Assembly: GCA_000165345.1 (NCBI GenBank)
Contig: CM000434.1
Location: 1,152,001-1,216,000 of the forward strand
Direction: 5' to 3'
DNA: 64,000 nt
The notes under the pieces were generated by a model, which was given only the letters and a program-made list of their open reading frames with translations, was not told where the DNA came from and made no database searches. This document shows positions 61,658 to 64,000 of the stretch, piece after piece (position 1 is the first letter of the stretch; each line of letters starts with the position of its first letter). Made by a program: the position numbers and the translations under genes.

Positions 61658-62323
61658 TTACTTTTGACCTTGTTCTAATGATATTTGAGACTGAATCTTA
61701 AAATGTTTATGACAATATATTTCAAATAAATGGTTTTTCTCTATTTTAATATTTCTACGTTTATAATGGGGAGATTTTAATAAACAATGAATATGAAAAT
61801 ATTCCATACATTGAGAAAAACGACATTTTCTAAGAATACCAAAATTACCATTACAAAAACAACATGATTTATTATTAATATAAATAAGAGGTTTAAGTAT
61901 TTCAATATTTGACATAGTCCTCCAATTATGTATAGTAATATAATCTTGAGAATAAATAGCACATTCAATATGAATCCAAATAGCTCTATTTTGAAGATGA
62001 TTAAATTTAGATTCAGAAGTCTGAAATAAATCAAATTTTTGTGGTATTAGTACTCTTTTTAAGATTCCAGTGTTAAAACATATGAGACATTTCAAGTCTT
62101 TATTTGAACTTAATTTATTTAGTTGTTTTCCTTTAATTTGAAGTTCATATTGACATGGGTCACATAAAATTACAATTCCTTGACTGGAAGCATTGTGATT
62201 AGAAATTCCATAACATATTTTGTGAAAGAAGACATCACAATTTTTGCATTTGACCAAAGTCAATTCGTTGTATGCGTATTCTTCAACATCATTGCAAATA
62301 ATGCATTCTCTATCATTTAACAT
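61658..62323 (-). CDS. PHD / extended-PHD zinc-finger protein
   Basis: CIICNDVEEYAYNELTLVKCKNCDVFFHKICYG (PHD C4HC3). CLICFNTG...WIHIECA and CCFCNGNFGILRKCRFSQCMEYFHIHCL (ePHD-like). ATG at 62323; 221 aa. Confidence 0.75.
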   Translation of the reverse strand: MLNDRECIICNDVEEYAYNELTLVKCKNCDVFFHKICYGISNHNASSQGIVILCDPCQYELQIKGKQLNKLSSNKDLKCLICFNTGILKRVLIPQKFDLFQTSESKFNHLQNRAIWIHIECAIYSQDYITIHNWRTMSNIEILKPLIYINNKSCCFCNGNFGILRKCRFSQCMEYFHIHCLLKSPHYKRRNIKIEKNHLFEIYCHKHFKIQSQISLEQGQK

Positions 62324-62651
62324 ATAGCAATAGATGAAATATAATTAAGTATATAGAATCCAGAATTTCAGATCAAAAAAGCAATAATAACTGTAATTTT
62401 TTTGGTAAAGTTGTAATGTCTAATTCATTATTATTATTTTTTGACAAAATAAATTTTGATTTTTCGATACCTTATACCGGTATATAAAAAGGCGCCAACT
62501 GTCAAAAAAGAAAATAAATCTGAAAAATAAAACTGGGTGGGAAAAAGAGTAAATGAAAAAAAAAATAATAATAATAAATAAAAAATAAAAGTAATAATAT
62601 TAGTAATAACAAAATAAATAAAACATTATTATTAATATTAAAAAGTAAAGA

Positions 62652-64000
62652 ATGGAGGAGTTGAGAACAAATATAGAAGATTGTTTTGACACTTCCAAAA
62701 TTTTCAAGAGCTATAAATTGCCGTTTATTAAAGTAAAAATAAATAATTGTAACTATGTACAAAATTTGTTGAAAGAAAATGATATTCTTTTCAAGTTCCC
62801 AAGAGTATCTCCAATTATTAATGATGAAAAGAATAAGGAAAACAAATTAATTTTAATGGGTGAGGATTTATTACGGAATTACTACAAAGTTAGTGATAAA
62901 AGAATGAAATTAGAGGACAGGTCGAATTCAGAATTAGAATCAAATGGAGATTATATTATAGAATTATCAGATGATTTCTTTATAAAAATTCCAAGAAATG
63001 TATTTATTGGCTTAAATTCAATAGATTTTGCAGAATATGGAATAATGGATTTTAAGATAGAATATAAGTATCTTTCATATATTGAATGTGCTAGACAATG
63101 TATTCCAAATAACATTGAGATAGTATCAAGTTTTGAGACAATTGGACATATAGCTCATTTAAATTTGAATGAGGATAACTTCCAATATAGATATATTTTA
63201 GGAAAGATTTTATTAGATAAGAATCCAGGGATAAAAACGGTAGTAACGAAAACAGGAAATATTGAGAGTACATTTAGAACTTATCCTTTGGAGGTAATTG
63301 GTGGAGAAAATAATTTAAAGGCAAGACTTAAGGAACAGGGCATAATTTATAATATTAATATTGACCAGGTTTACTGGAATTCTAGACTTTCTAATGAGAG
63401 ACAAAGAATTGTTGAGCTGATTCCAAGAAAATCAATAGTCTTCGATTTAACTTGTGGAGCAGGAGCATTTACTCTTCCTCTAATAAAGATTAAGGATTGT
63501 ACTTTATTTTCTAATGATTTAAATCCAGATGCAATAAAATTATTAAAGGAAAATATGATCTCAAATAAACTCAAAGATGATAAGGTAATAACTTCACAAA
63601 AAGATTGTATTGAATGTATTCATGAAATTTTGAATAGAAATTTAGACCCAGAAAAGATCTTTAAGATTGAGAAGAATGCTCTAAATTTAATTTCTCATGA
63701 AAACGATGTATTTTACTGGATTTGCAATCTTCCTGAACTTTCCCTTAATATGTTAAAAGGATTTGTACAAGGGAAAAAAACTTATCTAGAAAAAAAAATT
63801 CAAGAAAACTCCTCTTTTAGAAACACAATGAACCATTTTTTCTTTTATTGCTTTTCAAAAGATCCCAATCCAAAAAAAGATATTGAAACTAGGATCTTTA
63901 CTTTCCTAGAATCGGATCCAACTACTATAAATTCAGAATATTTCTCTCCAATCAATCTTTCTATTCATGAAGTTAGAGATGTTTCCCCTAATAAAAAAAT
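62652..64000 (+). CDS. TRM5: tRNA (guanine37-N1)-methyltransferase TRM5. Partial: it continues past the window end.
   Basis: Hand translation from ATG 62652 is open to position 64000, so it is absent from the track. IVSSFETIGHIAHLNLNED, IKTVVTKTGNIESTFRTYPLEVIGGE, DQVYWNSRLSNERQR, FDLTCGAGAFTLPL and the catalytic NDLNP motif are TRM5 hallmarks. Confidence 0.8.
   Translation, partial: MEELRTNIEDCFDTSKIFKSYKLPFIKVKINNCNYVQNLLKENDILFKFPRVSPIINDEKNKENKLILMGEDLLRNYYKVSDKRMKLEDRSNSELESNGDYIIELSDDFFIKIPRNVFIGLNSIDFAEYGIMDFKIEYKYLSYIECARQCIPNNIEIVSSFETIGHIAHLNLNEDNFQYRYILGKILLDKNPGIKTVVTKTGNIESTFRTYPLEVIGGENNLKARLKEQGIIYNINIDQVYWNSRLSNERQRIVELIPRKSIVFDLTCGAGAFTLPLIKIKDCTLFSNDLNPDAIKLLKENMISNKLKDDKVITSQKDCIECIHEILNRNLDPEKIFKIEKNALNLISHENDVFYWICNLPELSLNMLKGFVQGKKTYLEKKIQENSSFRNTMNHFFFYCFSKDPNPKKDIETRIFTFLESDPTTINSEYFSPINLSIHEVRDVSPNKK

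Noticed and set aside
62502-62762. 86-aa minus-strand ORF overlapping the TRM5 start region
   Set aside because: A/T-homopolymer-derived translation (LLLLFFIYYYYFFF). It overlaps the start of the well-supported TRM5 CDS on the other strand.

Overview
This window reads as nuclear DNA from an AT-rich, gene-dense apicomplexan, most likely Cryptosporidium. It is not prokaryotic: I see no CRISPR array, no mobile element, no operon-style defence or biosynthetic cluster, and no rRNA.

Evidence for the organism call:
- Overall GC is about 30%, and TAA/TAG/TGA all behave as stops.
- Intergenic spacers are short and carry recurring E2F-like GGCGGGAAA/TGGCGCCAA boxes and TGCATGCA palindromes.
- The gene content fits: a type-II-membrane cathepsin L of 401 aa (cryptopain-like), a subtilisin, a CRT-like transporter and a mitochondrial-type Hsp60.

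I call about 32 protein-coding genes and one tRNA-Ser(AGA). Two genes run off the window edges and are missing from the ORF track: a subtilisin on the minus strand at 1..2654, and TRM5 on the plus strand from 62652 to the end.

The supplied ORF track accepts TTG/GTG as starts, so I moved several N-termini to the first plausible ATG. Most genes are single-exon. By hand I found seven short GT-AG introns that the stop-to-stop ORF caller split or truncated:
- acylphosphatase
- a protein kinase
- DPH7
- TFIIH p34/TFB4
- a two-TM membrane protein
- a small basic protein with a 14-codon first exon
- a possible 5' intron in a C2-like gene

The most unusual locus is an 8.1-kb single-exon gene encoding a roughly 2711-aa low-complexity protein. 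Its only possible ATG sits inside a (TA)14 microsatellite.

I also describe a recurring composite intergenic element (TATACCGGYG ... ACGTRTAAT) and several perfect palindromes. All splice coordinates were derived manually from the sequence and should be confirmed with RNA-seq.
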